Assembly (NCBI GenBank): GCA_045597865.1
Contig: JAZLKX010000016.1
Span: forward strand, 1 to 45,676
From: Bacilli bacterium
GTDB taxonomy: Bacteria; Bacillota_I; Bacilli_A; RFN20; CAG-826
Direction: 5' to 3'
DNA length: 45,676 nt
Part shown: positions 44,499 to 45,676 of the stretch, piece after piece
Numbering within the stretch: the first letter of the stretch is position 1
Layout of the letters: every line of letters starts with the position of its first letter
Made by a program: the position numbers and the translations under genes
The notes under the pieces: generated by a model
Told to the model about the DNA's origin: nothing
Seen by the model: only the letters and a program-made list of their open reading frames with translations
Database searches by the model: none

Positions 44499-45593
44499 AT
44501 GATGGCATACAGTAAACTAAACAAACAAAAAATAATTGATGACTACAAAAACGGGGTTAACCTAGATGAAATTTCGTTAAACCATAATATACCAAAATCA
44601 ACCATTTATAAGTGGATAGAAGAAGAGAATACCTTAAAGAAAAGAATAAATGATTTAACAAAAAAAGATGAAGTATATAAATATCTTTTCGAATTGGCTA
44701 ATCCAGATGAAAAATTAAGATTAAAAACATACAAAGAATTTTATATGAAAGATTATGGTCCAAAGTTTCTTTCTAACCTTCTTTCGATCAATAAAAACAA
44801 GTTTTATAGATATTTAAATCACAGAGAAACAATTTTTGAAAAATTTGATGCCATCATTACTCCTTTAATAATTGAAATATTTAATAAAAGTGAAAGAAGA
44901 TTTGGCCCTCAAAAGATAAAAATAAAATTAGAAGAAAAAGGATATCACGTGTCAGAAAGAAAAATATCTCAAATAATGAAAGACAACAATTTGAAAATTA
45001 TTAAATTTACATCAAAACTTGTTTATCCAAAAGGAAACCACGATAAGAGGCTTAAAAATAAGCTTCAGCGTAATTTTATACAAGATGCACCAAATAAAGT
45101 GTGGGTAAGTGATGTCACATATATTAAAGTAAGTGGGCTTGATGTCTACCTATGTGCAATTATGGATCTATTTTCAAGAAAAATAGTTGGTTATCTAGTT
45201 GGTACAACAAATAGCGAATCGTTGATTTTAAGAACTTTTAGAAAAGCATATTTTGATAGAAATAATCCAGAAAACCTTTTGTTTCATAGCGACAGAGGAT
45301 CTAACTACACTTCAATAAAATTAAAGAAATTATTGCAAATTTGTCATGTCCAACATTCTTTTTCTAATACCGGAAATCCATATGATAATGCAGTAATAGA
45401 ATCATTCTTTTCTACTTTTAAGAAAGAAGCAATAAACGGAAAGGAGTTTGAAGATATAGTAAGTTTAAAAAGAGCAATCGATGATTATATGAATTATTAT
45501 AATTTATATAGACCACATAGAACGCTAAATAACCAAACTCCAGAAAATTTTGAAAATTTATACTTAGGTGAACTCAAGAAAAAATCAAAATAA
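44499..45593 (+). mobile_element. IS3-family transposase, single ORF (HTH + HTH_21 + rve DDE)
   Basis: N-terminal HTH (IPKSTIYKWI), FG..KI...L, N.L.R.F...PN.VWVSDVTY, FHSDRGSNY, DNAVIESFF...K.E, YN..R.H..L...TP. Very AT-rich. Confidence 0.92.
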
Positions 45594-45620
45594 ATTGCTA
45601 ATTCTTTGAATTAAAATAAA

Positions 45621-45663
45621 AACAGATTTCGGTAATTATCATTTTTTAGTACCGAAATCTGTT
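45621..45663. other. 14-bp perfect inverted repeat downstream of the transposase
   Basis: AACAGATTTCGGTA-15 nt-TACCGAAATCTGTT; A-tract on the left side, so possibly a minus-strand terminator or an element-end structure. Confidence 0.75.
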
Positions 45664-45676
45664 AGTCGTGCAAATG

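Noticed and set aside
44469-45644. 10-bp inverted match AAATGATAAT / ATTATCATTT flanking the transposase as IS ends
   Set aside because: Short, AT-rich and lacking TG...CA termini; plausible by chance.
45664-45676. Terminal GTCGTGCAAATG as a degenerate minus-strand tRNA 3' end
   Set aside because: Too little sequence before the window edge to evaluate.

Overview
AT-rich chromosomal segment using the standard genetic code (TGA is a stop). Gene content suggests an uncultured, reduced-genome gut or rumen member of the Bacilli; this placement is inference. The left ~19.7 kb, all on the minus strand, looks like one cyclic-dinucleotide-controlled surface-fibre locus. In transcription order it encodes: a membrane diguanylate cyclase; a membrane EAL phosphodiesterase; a GEMM-I riboswitch (G20); a catalytically dead EAL protein; a membrane-anchored pilin-like protein; a SipW-class 'A|WF' secreted protein; SipW #1; a membrane-tethered McrB-like AAA+ NTPase; a DUF2357-like partner whose nuclease is replaced by four ~150-aa repeats; SipW #2; a sensor GGDEF*-EAL protein; a second GEMM-I riboswitch with A20 (the cGAMP-type signature); and two more A|WF proteins, one a 1069-aa adhesin. 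This is the best candidate for an undescribed system. Next come a lipid/glycolipid cluster (acyl-adenylate ligase-ACP fusion, DAG kinase, phosphatase, two acyltransferases, GT2), an orphan PD-(D/E)xK-like gene and three tRNAs. The rest holds a ynbB/SDR/efp cluster suggestive of EF-P modification, potABCD with an unusual PotD, mtaD with an unannotated 42-aa rubredoxin-like gene, pepT, a (GA)10 tract and an IS3-family transposase. All calls come from reading motifs by eye; no database searches were run.
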